Source: Raillietiella orientalis (taxonomy: Eukaryota). Taken from it: a DNA stretch of 64,000 bases. The notes under the pieces are model-generated. The model was not told where the DNA came from. It saw nothing but the letters and a program-made list of their open reading frames with translations, and searched no databases. Shown piece after piece: positions 37,033 to 51,200 of the stretch. The stretch covers positions 1 to 64,000 of the forward strand of contig JAYWIR010000107.1 in assembly GCA_036172245.1 (NCBI GenBank). The letters are read 5' to 3'. The position numbers were made by a program, and so were the translations under genes. How positions within the stretch are numbered: position 1 is the first letter of the stretch; every line of letters begins with the position of its first letter.

Positions 37033-40000
37033 TCGAACGCTTTATGAAGATCAGCTGCGATCGCTAGGGCACCCATACCCGTTCGGCTCTCCCCACCCTG
37101 ACCAGCGCTCACCCTTTAATTGGGGTAGCCGAGAGATCCCTTGCGTTCTTGATTTCCTTGTTGCGCATGGAACCATGTGCGGGCGAGGAACAGGTTAGAC
37201 TCCATACTTCGCCCGGGAACAGTGGATGTCTGTTCCGGGCTAATTATGGATTCGGCTACCTGTTCGAGCCGCGCAGCCCACAGTTTCGCCACCAACTTGA
37301 CGTCCGTATTCACGACAGTGATCGGACGCCAGTTGATTAGCTTACGGAGGTCTCCTCCCTTAGGAAGGAGCCTCATCCTAGCTGACCGGAACGAGGCGGG
37401 AACATCGCCTTCTTTCCGGATCAGCTGTGTCGATCTGTGCACCAAATGGGTTAACTCTGCCGCGAAGCCTTGAAAAAACTCCGCGGGCAGGCCGTCCTCC
37501 CATAGTTCATTCCTCCTCTTGAGCCCTTTCATCGCGGTGACGATTTCACCGGTTGTAAAATGCTCGTCAAGGCTTTCTTTCTCTTCCTCTCCTATGACCG
37601 GGGCTCCTTCCGGGAGCAACAGTCGCGAGGCGTCCTGCTCGGGAGGCGCCCTGTCATACAGGGAGGAATAAAATTTTCTCATAATGTGTCGAATCGCTGA
37701 CGGGGCCGAGTGTTCGCGGTCTTGGTCGTCCAGCAGGGTGGGCGGCCCGGAGTGCCAAGCTTGGCGCTCAGCCCCGGCTCGGTAGTCGGCCAGGCGACGG
37801 ACGTTGGGGGTTCTCGCGTAACGACGTGCGTATGGAAAAGCCCTTTCGTTGCGAGTCCCTTCCTCCAACCCGGAGGGTAGGCGCCCCAGGGGAAACTCCT
37901 CACAGAACTCGCGGACCGAACGCTCGAAAACGTCCCAATCCTCGAGATTCCGGTGGGTGACGCCTCTCAGGAATTGGCGAAGATGATCCGCCTCACCTGG
38001 GAGCCTCGTCCAATCTCCCGGTAGACGCCACGCCCTGGATGGGGGTCCCTTATTGCGTGGCCAGACATCGATCATCAGACGGAAATGGTCGGACAGCGTC
38101 GACAGGAGCCTTCCTCGTATACCGACACGAGTAGACATGTCGTGGTCGAGGAAGACGTGGTAGATGCTGTTCTCCATTCCCGGGTGTCCCTCCATCAAGT
38201 TGCGCGCGCGCATGGCGGAGCACAACTCGATCGGCACGTTGTTTTGAGTGCAGCACGCACCTGAGAGCAAGCAGATGTTAAAGTCCCCGGCTATCAGGTG
38301 GGCCTTGCGCACTCCTGCATCCGTCAGCCAGTCGCGCTTCAGGTACTGGAAGAACTGAGTTCTTCCTGCGTACCCTTTGCTGCCGCTCGGAGCATACACG
38401 TTCGTAACGATGAGATCGATCGTGTCAGACCAGCATAGTCATCTGTCCAACACGACCGTTGTCATCGAAGCGTACGTTCCTCACGGAGGCGTCGACGGCT
38501 GGCTTCAGGAAGAACGCGACACCGCAGGTGTTACGGTCGCCGCATCGCCAATACAACCGAAACCCTGCGATCCTCTCGATCTCCTCGACTTCTCTTGCAG
38601 TGATCACGTGGATCTCCTGCAAAAGCGCCAGGTCGAATTCTCGCAGGGTGTCAGCTGTATCTAGCCTGTTGCCGTCGTTGCGCAGCCCGTTGACATTCCA
38701 ACAGGCAACGCGGATCCTTCGGCGACAGGCGAGCCCAGGGGTTATTCCTGGGAACGTGGCAGTGCGGTTCCCGTCACCTTATCGGGCGGGACGGATGGAG
38801 GAGGGGGTGCATCGCGCTCCAGTTCTTCCTCCTCCATCGAGGCCGATTCGGATACAGGCCTCATCGCGGTGGGCAGGCAGGTATCTCCTACCTGCGCTCC
38901 CTGCTACATGAGGTACAATTCGCCGGCTGGGACGGTCGGTGGAAGTAGGAGGTTGTCACCTACCTGCTCCCCCTCCTCCATCGGGGTTGACAGCTGCTCG
39001 GTCGCGGGGAGTGGAATATTAGCTCCCTCCGTTACCGCGCTGTCGGCTCCCCCTCCGGCTGCCGGTGCGTCCTCATTCTCGTTCTTTGTCGGGAGTCGCT
39101 TCCTAGGATTCTTGGACTTGCGTTCCGTCTTCTTTGGAGGCGCCTCCGCGGAGAAGGACGCACTACCGGCATCCGGATCAGTATCACCTTCTTCAGGTGC
39201 CTTCACCGCGGCCGGCCTTCTCAAGGCTTTTCGCGCGAAAATCTCGTGGCCGACAAGTGCAGCCTCGAGCTCTTCCGCCGCCTGCTCGGAGGCGGCGTCC
39301 TCGATTACGGACAGCGCGTCGTAAGGCTCCACCTCTGTTGTCAGAGAGGGTTCTCCTTCGGTGATCGCGGCTTCCACGCAAACGAGGCGGGGGATGTCTT
39401 CCCCGGTGGTGACCTCTAAGGCCTCCACGCGCTCCAAAGTGACCGAGCTTCCGCGGAGTAGTGCGTGGCGCTCTCTCCTATTCAGAGGTTTCGCCGCTGG
39501 CTTCGCTTTCGTGGCTACGGTTTGCTTTGGTTTCTTTTGCTTCACCGTCCGCCAACCTTCCTCATCAGCGCAGTCGGGAGTTTTCTCGACCGGCGTTTGC
39601 TGAGAGGTTTCGAGGCCTGGCTTCTGGCTACGCCTTGCTGTAGCCTCCTTTGGATCCGAAGTTTTATCCGCGCGTGTCACCTGAGCTTTCTTCAAAGCGG
39701 GGCGACCCAAAGTTACGCGCTTTGGGCACACTTTCCGGAGGTAGTCCTTTTCTCCGCACGAGAAACACTAGATGTGGGGGCACCGTTTTTTCAGATGCCC
39801 TGTCGCATCGCAGTGTCCACAGAACTTGGATTTCCCCACGTACCAGATATCGACCTTTTCGTTGGCGATGTCTAGCTTGTGGGGTAACGAACCGTTCTCA
39901 TGCACGGTTACACGCGCTGCGGCCATGACACTAAACAGCCTTCCATAGGACTGTAAGACGTTGGGCTTGCTCCAAAGCGCGTGAACCGTGCCGAACTTGC

Positions 40001-40648
40001 TGAGTTCCTCCTACACGCCCTCCGTCGACATGCGGAGGGTAACTCCCGTGAGGTGTGCCACTACCGAGCGGTCCTCAGTTACAGGGAAGAGCTTTCTGCC
40101 TTCAAGCGTAATAAAGGTGTTTAGCAGGCGTCGAGCCAGGCTTGCATCCTTACAAGTCAACTCCACCCGCTGACCACCGCTTAACACTGAAAGACCTTCC
40201 AACTCTTCTTCTTTAACATTAAGCCGCTGCAACTCCCTCTCAAAGTTGCGAGCGGTATTTCCAACAAAGATATTGCCAACCTTATAGATGAGGTACGGCT
40301 TGTACCCTTGTTCTTTATAGGCTGTTTGTTCGGCCATGGCATCAGCGGATGGTGCTGCAGCCAATGCGCTTTAAGTCCTCATCGTTGCCGAGGATGGCTC
40401 CGAGGACACGCTTGCACGCTTTTTCAAGGGAAACGATGACCTCGCCTCTGTGTAGGCAATCGCCCGCTCCACCATGAGCTGGGGAGAGGCACTAGCCTCT
40501 CCTACTCCAATCTCCATCGCGGTGTCCACTGGCATTTCTGCCATGGGACACCGACGATGGGCCACACACTCTCTCAAACGGAAAGAAATAAAGGAGACTT
40601 CCCAAGCTGAAGCGGTAAGAGTGCAGGATAAACACGTCCAAACAGTTG
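37033..40648 (-). mobile_element. Element G: 5' half of a subfamily II-like LINE, ending exactly at ADLHKAFD
   Basis: GGACGTGTTT at 40639; MAAAPSADAMAEQTAY; EN motifs; ORF 37116..38399; manual translation of 37115-37033 gives GALAIAADLHKAFD. Confidence 0.88.
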
Positions 40649-41707
40649 CACGAGAAAGGTCGTGTGGGTCAACTTGTCCTCAAGTGGTCCGAATCGATCG
40701 AACTGGTCGTAACGAACATCTACGCGCCTAGCGGCGGCCGGCATAACGCCCAGCAACTCGCATTCCTGGGTGGCCTGCGCAGCCGCTGGCTCGCCGACTC
40801 CGGCCCTAACGTGGCGCACTTCCTTACAGGAGACTTAAACGTCCACCTGCTAGCAGAGGAGAGATGCCGCTTGAGGGAGAAGCAACTGGTGAGCGAGGTA
40901 TGCTCTTCCGTGCGCGTGCAAAACTTGCTTACTGGTGCGCCCGGGGTGGAGAGATCGCCGTACCATGCGTTTCTCGATGAACACCTGCTTTCATGAGTAG
41001 GTCGGAGAAGGCGCCTGCTGTCCGCGATTTCGGATCATCGGAGACTGGAGTTCGAGCTCCTCCCGCCTGGCAAAGGGCCTCCGATGAATGTCTGGAGGCT
41101 GCCAGCCGACTGGATTAGCAATTCGGAGGCTGCGGAGCATCTTCTTCATCACCTCCGGGGCTTCGTCATCCGTGAACTCGAGGACTGGGACGATCTGAAA
41201 GAAACGGTCCGCGAGTTCTGCTGCCCTTTCCCCTTGCACCTGCTTCTCCGCGGCTTCGGGAAGGGTGTCGCGAATAGCAGAAACTTTCTGCAGGCGCGTA
41301 CCTTCTCTCGATGCCCAGACGTCCGGCGTTTGGCGGAGTACAAGGTCAGAGCCGAGCGCCAGGTTTGGCACTCTGAAGCGGCTTGTCTGCTCGATCACGC
41401 TGGCCAGGAATGCTCGGCTGCAGCCGACGTACACCGCGTAGTCAAGTTTTTCTACTCCTCGTTGTACGCGGAGGAGCTCACGGAACGCAGTCTCTCCGAG
41501 CTGCTTCTTCCGACGGGCAACCCTGCTATCGATGAGGAGGAGCGCGCCAGATTGGATTGGCCCTTCACGGCGGAGGAAGTATCTTCCTCCATAGAGGGCC
41601 CGAAGAGGCGTGAGGCGCCTGGGGAGGATGGCCTGCCCGCGGAGTTCTTTCAGTGCTTCGCGGCGGAGCTCGTCATCCTGACGCTAAGCCTTTCCTCGCT
41701 GATGCGT
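40649..41707 (+). pseudogene. Element J: internal ORF2 fragment (EN to RT start) of a subfamily III LINE
   Basis: GRVGQLVLKWSESIELVVTNIYAP, GDLN, PGEDGLPAEF; cut by G on the left and H on the right. Confidence 0.85.
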
Positions 41708-44700
41708 TTTGAACCCGGCTGCGCCGGGACGTTTATTTGTTAAAACGAACCACAATCTTCAAGGCAAATTTATCCTTTCGAGACACAAGAAACGCCCATA
41801 CAGTAAGTTCAGTTCAGAAAGATCACCGGCACGCAGGGTGCCTTCCAAAAGAAAGGAACGGAGGGTGAGGTATGAAGAATAAACAAAACATAAGGGAACA
41901 AACAAAAAAAAACAGTGGAGGGTGGGGTCAGGGATCTTTGGTAGTAAACGTTCCTAATCTTTCTAGAAGCGCTCTTTGACAATGGCGAATTCCCTGGAGA
42001 CTTTTCTGGGCAGATGAGGCCACCTGACATCTGCTCTCATAAGGTTTGCAGCGATTCTGGCGGCGTCCGTTCGCTGCGAGCTTCCTTCTAGTTTACGGCG
42101 GGCGATCACGATGGCGCGGATGCAAGAGATTATTGCGATAACAGCGCCTTTATCCAGTCCGTCTTTGCTGAAGAAGCGTCGAAGCAGGTCTGTGGCAGTG
42201 TCCTGAGGACGACGAAGTGCCGAAGCAAGTCTCCGCTATAACTCCCGCAAGTCACTACACTCAAGGAGCAGGTGCGTAAGCGATTGTATCGCCCCGCACC
42301 TGAGGCAGTTCGGGGAGACGACTACCCCTGTAACCAAGTTTCTGCGCTTATTGCACTGCAATCCCCAGTGCAGAAAATGAAGAACATCCTGTTTCCATCG
42401 AAGCGGGAACACGGAGCTGTCCACACACAAGGAAGGGACCACGAGATCTTCGGGGAGTAATCCAAGAACCTCACTCCAACGAAGAAGTCCCTTTGCCAGG
42501 TAACGAGGAGTGGCAGCGTCTACCAACACGCTCGTTCTGCAGCCGCTCAGCAGTCTTCTCACTCCTGCAATGCTGCAGAAGAACTCCCACCTTGCCGGTT
42601 GGCTACTGTCGTTGTTTGCCCTGAGAGAAGACAGCGCTGCGGCGATGGGTGAGACGACTATCCGGGACCAAAGCGACCAGTCCTGTAGGATCACTCCTAG
42701 CGGTTTGCGTAAGAGGCCCTGTAAGGGTCGCAGTTGCTCTGGGCGCACATCCAAAGTGGACGTCCCGTGCTCCAGAGCTTCTTGCTGCCAAGCATTTTAA
42801 TTGGAGAAGAGGCAGGAAATTCAGGAATGGGCTAACAGCAACTAGGACAAGTGCCTCAGTGGGTAGCCAAATCCAGTTCTCCGGCGAAGGTTGCGCGGCA
42901 GCAACGAAAGCAATCCTGCACTGCCGACACATCGCTGGAGAATATGGCGAGCCGGAGCACACCAGTGACTAGACCACAATTTCCCACATAGGGATAGAAG
43001 CCGGAACTGCACTTGCAGTCCAATCTTCTGGATGGTCAGGATGCACAGGCCTGCGTCCTGGCATGGCGCCACCAAATCTTTGAGGCGAACCCTGGATCGC
43101 GCAGCGCCCCACAAGACCTTACGTAGGAGACGCTGCGCCCGGAGTTCAACCACATAGGGAGGCGGGCAAACAAAAAATAAGGGGCGGAGGAGGAGGACAA
43201 GGAAAGTGTTCCATATGCACGCCCTTTCCGGCAAGACGAACTTGCCTTCCAGGAACGGGCCTATAGCCATCTCTGCCTTTTGAAGACAGGCCGACCACGA
43301 TTCAGACGAGCAGAAGTCGCCCAACGGTACGCCAAGGTACTTGAAGTACCTGACCGTGGGGATCCCCAGGCGGATCCAGTCGGCCTGTCCCTCCCACGAC
43401 GCACCCACCGGCACGACGGAGCACTTCGACCTGTTAACGCTCATGCCCGCTCCACGACGGATCAGCTCGAAGAAGTCTTTGACCGAGTCCGGCGGAGTAG
43501 ACATGGGCAACAGAAGCAGAAGGTCGTCGGCGTATGCTGCCGCGGACGGAGTGCACGGAGAGGCGCTGGGCAGGACGGCCAGCGTCAGCCTGTACGCTTT
43601 TAGCACCAACTCAAAGTAGATGCTGAAGAGCAACGGGCTTAAGCTGTCGCCCTGTCTGATGGCTTTGCGCACGGCCACTCCGTACACACGGGAGCCACTG
43701 AAATACAAGTTGATAATCGCGTGGCGCCAGCAGGAGCGCAAGTACAGCAGAAGATGATTCGGAAGCCCAAGACGCTCCAGGAGCTCCAAGAGGAGTTCCT
43801 GGTTTACGCAGTCGAATGCTTTGTGCAAATCTACTGCTACTGCCAAGGCTCCCGGCCTTTCTGCCGTCCGTCGGCACTGACGAACGCAGCTGGCAGAACG
43901 TCTTGCCGCTGTTCGGCTATCCGCCGCAACGCGCTCTTGAAGCTGCCACCAGGTGCGCGCGAAAAGAAGGTTTGCATTCATGGCTCTACCCGGTAGAGCA
44001 TAAGGCTGCTCCAGGCTTACCACTAACTCCGCGACTTTCCATAAACGCGTGACCCACAGCTTCGAAAACAACTTGACGTCCGAATTCACTAATGTGATCG
44101 GACGCCAGTTGTTGAGTTGGCGCAGATCCCCTCCTTTTGGAAGGAGACGCACCCTTGCTGAGCGGAAGGAAGAAGGGACATCGCCCGTCACCCTAATCAG
44201 CGTCGAGATTCTAAGAACCAGTGGGGCGAGTTCCGCCGCGAAGCTCTGATAGAACTCCGCGGGCAGTCCGTCCTCACCTGGCGTCTTCCGTCTCTTGAGT
44301 CCTGCGATGGCAAAAGAAACTTCCTCCAACGTGAAGGGCTCGTCGAGACGATCGCGTTCCTCCTCGCCGATGCCATGTGCATCTTGCGGCAAAAGTAGTT
44401 CGGAGAGGACTCTTTCCGTCGGGGAATTAGCGTAGAGCAAGGAGAAGTGACGCTTTAGTGCTCGCAGCACTTCGGCAGGAGCCGTGCATTCCCGGCCTTG
44501 GTCGTCGAGCAGAATAGCCGCTCCACACTGCCAGACCTGGCTCTCGGCCCTCGCCTTGTACTCTGCGAGTTGCCGGACTTCCGCACGTCTCGAGAAGGTG
44601 CGCGCCTGCAGAAATGCTCTGCTATTGGCCACGCCTTCCCCGAAGCCGCGTGGTAGCAGGTGCAGGGGGAACCGGTCGCAAGACTCGCGAACCGATCTTT

Positions 44701-46268
44701 TAAGATGGTCCCAGTCTGCGAGTTCCCGGATGGCAAAGCCGCGAAGGAACTGGCGAAGATGCTCCGCCGCTTCCGGGTGACTCAGCCAATCCGCCGGCAT
44801 CCTCCAAACATTGTTTGGAGGTCCCTTCCCCGGCGGGAGTAGCTCGAACTCCAGCCTTTCATGGTCCGATAACGTGGATGGCACCCTGCCTCTCCTTCCC
44901 ACTCGCGAGAGTAGGTGTTTATCGAGGTAGAGGTGATCCACGCACCTTTCCAGTCCAGGCTCGCCGGCTTCCAAGTTACGCGCGTGCACCGACGCGCATG
45001 CCTCTTCCACCCGCGACCGTTCCGCCAGGGACCGCGTCTCGTTGGAAAGCAGGTGGACGTTGAAGTCCCCTGCGAAAAGATGCGCCACTCTGGCTCCAAA
45101 GTTTCAGAGCCATTGGCTCTCCAGCACGTCAAAGAACTCGATTCTTTCGACACGTCGATGAAAGCCGCTCGGCGCGTAGACGTTCGTCACGACGAGGTCG
45201 ATTGAATCTGACCACTTGAGTAAAAGTTGGCCCATTCGCCCTTCCTGGTCGAATCGAACGCTGCGCACCGCTCCCGCCATCCTACTATTGACGAGAAAAC
45301 CGACTCCGCACGATTGTGCAGAACCTTCTCGCCAGTGCAGGGTGCCACCCGCGCGCTGTTCGATTTCGGCAACCTCCGCATCGGAGATGTAATGCCTCTC
45401 CTGAAGGATCGCCAAATCGAAATGTCGCAGGGTGTCTGACACGTCGCGCCTCTTTCCGTCCCTGCGCAGCCCATTGACGTTCCAACAGGCTACGCTGAAT
45501 CGACGAAAAGTGGCGACTTCCTGCATTAAGGCTGGGAAGGTGAGCACAGATTTCTCGCCTTGTCCGGCGAGTGGTCACGAGACAGAGCGGTCGAACTCGC
45601 AGACTGGACATCTCCATTCGAAGCCGCACTGCTTGTTGCCGGTAGCTCAGAGGTGAGGTCCTTTTCCTCCTCTTTGCTCCCCAGCAACAGTTCCTCCTCG
45701 GCAACCACGCGCTTGCGGGTCTTAGGGAGGCGATTGCGCGGTTTCGGGCGGTTGTCGCGCTGTGTGCTCATTCTGTCGGACTCTGGATCAGAATCCGACA
45801 GTAGAGGGCTTGCCAGGCGCTGCTGCTGTTTCCCGGCAATAGGGAAATCGTTCGCTGCCTGTTTCCTAGCGCTTTCTGCAACTGCGGCTGGGACTTTCGT
45901 CCTTTTAGCCGCAGCAGCAGCTTCCCGCTCCAACCGCGACAGGACGACTGCGCAGGAGGAAAGAATCGCAATCTTTTTCTGGGAAGGTTTTGCGGGTTGC
46001 TTTCGCCCACACACCTTCACACAGAGCTGCGAAGACCTTGATGGTTTCTTTCTAATGATCTTTCTCACCTGCATACAGCCGTCTTCCTTCGCGTCGCAGT
46101 TATCTTTGCCATCCTGAAATGGCGCTGCTTCCACGGATGTGAGGGGCGTTGCCTTGGCTGCCTCTTGGAGTGCTGACTCCACGAAGGCGTAAGCAACTCC
46201 TTTAGCGATCGCGAGAGCCTTGCGCACGGGCTGTATCGCCGCCGCAGAACGAAAGGGAGGCGTGATTA
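41708..46268 (-). mobile_element. Element H (downstream part): subfamily III ORF1 C-terminus, ORF2 with frameshifts, 3' terminus
   Basis: TAATG at 45528-45524; ORFs 45104..45547, 42842..45088 and 42236..42754; hairpin at 41737-41711. Confidence 0.9.
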
Positions 46269-46364
46269 TTGCTAGTTTAAAACTATACCCAATACCCCGC
46301 AAAGGCAGTGTTTAAAACCACTGCCAAGGCAATTTTTGAGTGCCTTGAGAGGGCAAGTGTTTGA

Positions 46365-48237
46365 GTGAACGCCAGTGTGGAAAGAGTGCAACCGGGGACC
46401 ATCATCAGCAGCAGCAGCAGCGCCGAGAAGTCCACGGTGGAAGTCCTGCAGTCGTCCCGAGCAGCCGGAACAGCTGCCAGGATGCAGGCATCTGGAGTTG
46501 GAGGAGTGGTGAGGCCATCGTCCCCCATGGAAGCCATGGAGGTAACGTGCGGCAACGGCGAGGTGGCGGCAGGCATGCCGAGGATCGCGCCCGCGGCGGG
46601 CTTTGCTGCGCCAGCGGCGGTGATGCCAAGGGTCGTGCCCGCGGCGACGACGGCGAAGGTCGTGCCCGCGGCGGGGAAGGTCGCGCCTGCGGCGGCGATG
46701 CCGAGGGTGCCGCCCGCGGCGGCAACGGTGGCGACGTCGAGGGTTGCGCTCGCGGCGGCGGCGTCCCAGGCAGGACCCGCGGGCGTCCACGCGGTTCAGG
46801 GCGACACGCCATCTTGTTCGGCTGCGGCGGCGCAGCCCTTTTCCTATGCGTCGGTGGCGGCTGGACAAGCGAGTGTCCACCCACCAAGAAAATTCGGGAA
46901 GCCGCTATGCGGTAAAGTCCAAAAGGTGGATCGACCGATCGTGGAGTTAGGGCCGAATGTAAAGCCCATCATTTTCAAGACTAGGCTGATCAAGTTCAAT
47001 AATATCAGGGAGGTGTATCTGTCCCTCGATAAAACGGACATGAATTTTGATCGCATACAGGCGATCATACCAGCAAACAACGGGTTCACAGTCTTCACAG
47101 ACTGTGAAGAGATTAGAGAGCGATTGATCCAGAAGGGGATCAATATACAAGGACGGATGGTTTGTGGTATTGGCGAGATGCCATACACAACCGTCTTTTT
47201 AAACGGCATCTCCATCCTCACACCGCAACTAGCGGTGTGGAATTACTTGGAGCAGTTTGGAGAAGTTCTGGACCTTGATTTTCAGAACTTCTCTGGAAAC
47301 ATATTTTCTGGCGACATGATCGCAAAGATGAAGTTGAGGGAGGGAGCGGTGATCCCTGGATTGGCCGTTATTGACGAACAATCCCAGGGAGTGAATGTGC
47401 GTTACCGGCAACAACCGGTATTCTGCACCGGGTGCAAGCAGTTCGGCCACAGGGCCGGCGCTTGCCCAACTTGCCGCTGCTTTCGCTGCGGCAAAGTAGG
47501 ACATCGAGTCCGAAACTGCCCGCAGCCGGAGGTGTGCTCCTTCTGCAAAAAACACGGACATGCAAAATGGAACTGTCCGGAGTTTGAAAACTGCAGAAGG
47601 ATTCGAGGTCTCTCGAGGTTCGAGAAACATCAAGGAGGCCGAACAGCCTCAGAAGGCAGGAAGGCCGAAGAAGGTGAAAGAAGCCGTCCCGGTGTCGGCG
47701 GACGGCTTCATAGAAGTGGGAAAGAAGGGAAAGAGGAGGATGCTCGTCAAGGAGCAAGGAACTCCTCAAATCCTGGAAGCAGCAGAGCAGGAAGGCGAGA
47801 AGATGGAGGTAGCGCAAAAAGGCGCGAAGGAAGAGAGACAGGAAGCCACTAAAGTGTCGCAGGAGGCTCTGCAGACCACGGAGGAGTTGGCAACACTGGC
47901 GGAGATCATAGATGTGCAGAGCGGTCCTCAACAAGAGAAAATCTTGCAGAAGATCTGCACTGCACAAGAGAACATCAACCAGGTTGTAAAGGTCGCTGAA
48001 CGCGAGAAGTTAGAGGAACAGCTTCTCGACGTGAAGGCGAACTTCTGCGCCAAGGTCGAGATAGAGGCGCTATCTCGAAAATTGATCGCGCGGGCGGAAC
48101 ACTCTACGGAGGAGGCGGAAATTACCGACCTCACAGGTACGGAGAGTGACGCCGGCAGCGAGAAGCCCGCTGCTTCTTCGACATCTGGAAGAGCACGCTC
48201 TCCCAGACAGAAGAAGCTCAGGAAGGCCAAGAAATAG
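46365..48237 (+). pseudogene. ORF1 of element I, three CCHC knuckles, probable frameshift near 47600
   Basis: CTGCKQFGHRAGAC, CFRCGKVGHRVRNC and CSFCKKHGHAKWNC; the overlapping frame 47560..48237 carries DGFIEVGKKGKRR and ends 13 nt before the ORF2 ATG. Confidence 0.75.
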
Positions 48238-48250
48238 GTCTTCCCCTTTT

Positions 48251-51200
48251 ATGACCTCTTCCCTATCGACCGCCAGGAGGCTGAACATCGCCTCCTGGAA
48301 CGTAAACGGTGTGGTCGACCAGGGAAAAAGAAGAAGGAATGTGCGGACCATCGGACAACAAGACATCGTGTGCCTGCAGCAGACCCACAGGATGGGTCTC
48401 GAGATCAGCCAGCGAATGGAACGGCGATTCAACGGGCAGATGTTCGTCAGCGAAGGAGAACGGAACACGAAGGATGTGGCGGTGCTAATAAAGAACCACT
48501 TAGCCCCCACTATTCTGGAAGTGTTCTGTCCCCAACCCGGACGAACCATCGGCGTGCGACTGGCCTGGTCCGCAACTGTTCACCTCATCCTGATGAACGT
48601 GTACGGGCCGCACAGGCTAAAACATCGTTGTGCGGAGGCGCTGCATGCAGCACTCCGGCAAAAGGTCTCCCCTAAGGACGTCGTAATTGTTGCTGGCGAT
48701 CTCAACATCTTAGATCAGATCATTCATTCAGAAGACGCCAGAGGAAGGACGGCGTATCGGCGGTTATCGGACGAGTTCGGACTGGTCTGGCGAACAGCAA
48801 GCCACAAGCCGATCGATCACGTCCTGCACAGCACCGAACTTGGGAACCGCATCCAGGGGTTTCGCGACACTATGACTACGGTGTCCGATCACCCCCTGGT
48901 GCGGTTTTCCCTAAGAACGCAGAATCCTCGGCGGAGGCAAGGCCCCAGGGCGGCGCTCATCAGCATGCCCGCCTGGTTCGAAACCCATCCTGGACATCAG
49001 GCTGTCCTGGAGGCGATTCTGACGGCAACAACAATCCGAAGAGTCGCCGACTGGGACAGCCTGAAACACAGGATACACCTGTTTGCGCACATGCAGTTCG
49101 GGGATAGGCGCTTGAGGCAAGAGGCGTACCGGGAGCTGATCATCCAAGATCGCTCCCTCTCAAAGCACTTCTTTCAGTACGAGAGTCGGTACGTTTTCAA
49201 TAACATAAAAGGGGAAGTCGGCGTGCTGGAGAAGAGAAATCTGGCAACAGATATCTTCTGCATCCAGTACGACGGCCAAAAGCGACAGTCGTCTGAGGAC
49301 ATCGTGGATGCCTTTCACAGGCATTACACGAAACACTTCAGGCGACAACAGCTGTGTCGCTCTAGTCAACAGGCCTTCTTGAGCTATCTCGAGAATAGGA
49401 CCGACGACCTCCAGCGGAACAGACTGGAGGAGGAGTTCTCCGATGAAGAGGTGAAGACTGCGTTTGGGCAACTTCGCAAGGACGTGGCAGCGGGCCCTGA
49501 CAGTGTACCCATCACGCACTATCAGCGGTACCTGCACGCCTACCTGCGCTTGTTCTACCAGTTGACCCTTTGCATCCGGGAAGAAGGCAGACTACCTCAG
49601 TCCTTCTACGAGAGTCGGATGAGATTGCTGCCGGAAGGAGGCGACTCTACCCAGATCGCCCAATGGAGGCCAATCTCGATTCTAAACTCCGATGCCAAGT
49701 GGTTGGCGAAGATCTGGTCCAACCGCTTAGGCAAGGTCATGTCGAGGCTGATCTCTCCGGTCCAGACATGTGCAGTCCCAGGACGACACATGTCGGACAA
49801 TGTCAAGTGTGCCCAGGCCACTGTTGGACTCAGTCGATACGTCGGCGAGAACCTGGTGCTGGTGTTCACTGACATGGAGAAGGCTTTCGACTCCATCGAC
49901 CATGGGATGCTGCTGAAGGTTCTGGAGAAGCTAGGCCTTCCGGAACACTTTAGCAACTTCGTGAGGGTGGTACTCCAGAACCAGTGCTGCCAAATCAAAA
50001 TCAACGGCCAGGAGACGGCAGCAATCCGGATGGAACGGGGAGTACGGCAGGGCGATTCGCTAAGTCCGATGCTGTTCGTCATCTACATGGAGGCGTTGTC
50101 GTCCTTTATCGAGAAGAGCGGACGACTGAGCGGGATTACCATCGATGGCCAGCGTCTTACCCATCTGGCATACGCCGATGATCTACTCTCCTTCATCAAG
50201 GGAGAGAAAAATCAGCGTGCGTTTCTGGATGTGGTGGACCTGATGGAACAGGGCTTGGGATTAAAAATCAATTCCCAGAAGAGCCAGCTTTTGCCCGTCG
50301 GAATCCTGAACCTCTCCACTCTAACGGGTAGTGGATTCCGTACGGTGGACACGGCCAAGTACCTGGGTGTCTACATCGGCGACGACTCTGCGTTGAAGCT
50401 GCTGTGGACGGAAATCCTGGGGAAAACGGCCAAGGAAGCAGCCAAGTACACCCGAACGGACCTTGGGATGAAGCGAAAGGCCAACATATGGAACGAAGTA
50501 CTCCTTCCGAAAGTGCTCTTTGGGGCGGCCTTTGCGACGATGAACAAGGACACTTCTAGGGAGTTCGACAAGCTGCAAAGAAAAACACTGTGGGGCCACT
50601 ATCGCCCAAGAGTAAGACCGAAACCCCAGTGTCGTCCCAGGGAAGAAGGCGGTTCCGGGATGAAGTCGCTTGCACACTCCATAGAAATCATGGATACGCG
50701 ACACATCCTGGACATTGCCACTCACTGGGATGACTGGCCGTATGCGGCGCACAGGGCCTACGCGTTGTTGCTTAACAACTCGAAAGGCCTGATGACTGCG
50801 CTGCTAGGCAAAGTTGGGGAATGCATAACAATCGACCCGACCTGGAGGAGGATGCAACGGCTGGTGCGGAAGCACCGAATCAAGATCGTGCCGCGAAGCA
50901 GGGAACTCTGGCAGGACGAGTCCATCCTGGTGATCCCTTGGATGCTTCCTGTGCCGCCGGACACGAGAAGCTGGATCTACCAGCGGTCCAGAGTTACCCT
51001 ACTGCAAATCCAGGAGTGGAGGCGAGGAGGCTACCTACATCAAACTCGTATACTTCGGTATACAGAGATGATGTTAGGAAGGTTTACCCACAGGACCCGC
51101 GAAGTGTGGTTCAACCACAACGACTTCGCATGGTCGAGGGTAACCAGAACAAACCTCCGAAGGCTTATCCAAGAAAGCGACCGTGACACCAGTGCCCTCC

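Noticed and set aside
16880..37046. B2 and G as two halves of one element split by C...L
   Set aside because: The would-be TSD copies differ at 4 of 16 positions, including synonymous sites. G matches L's start better (13/14). Not excluded, but disfavoured.
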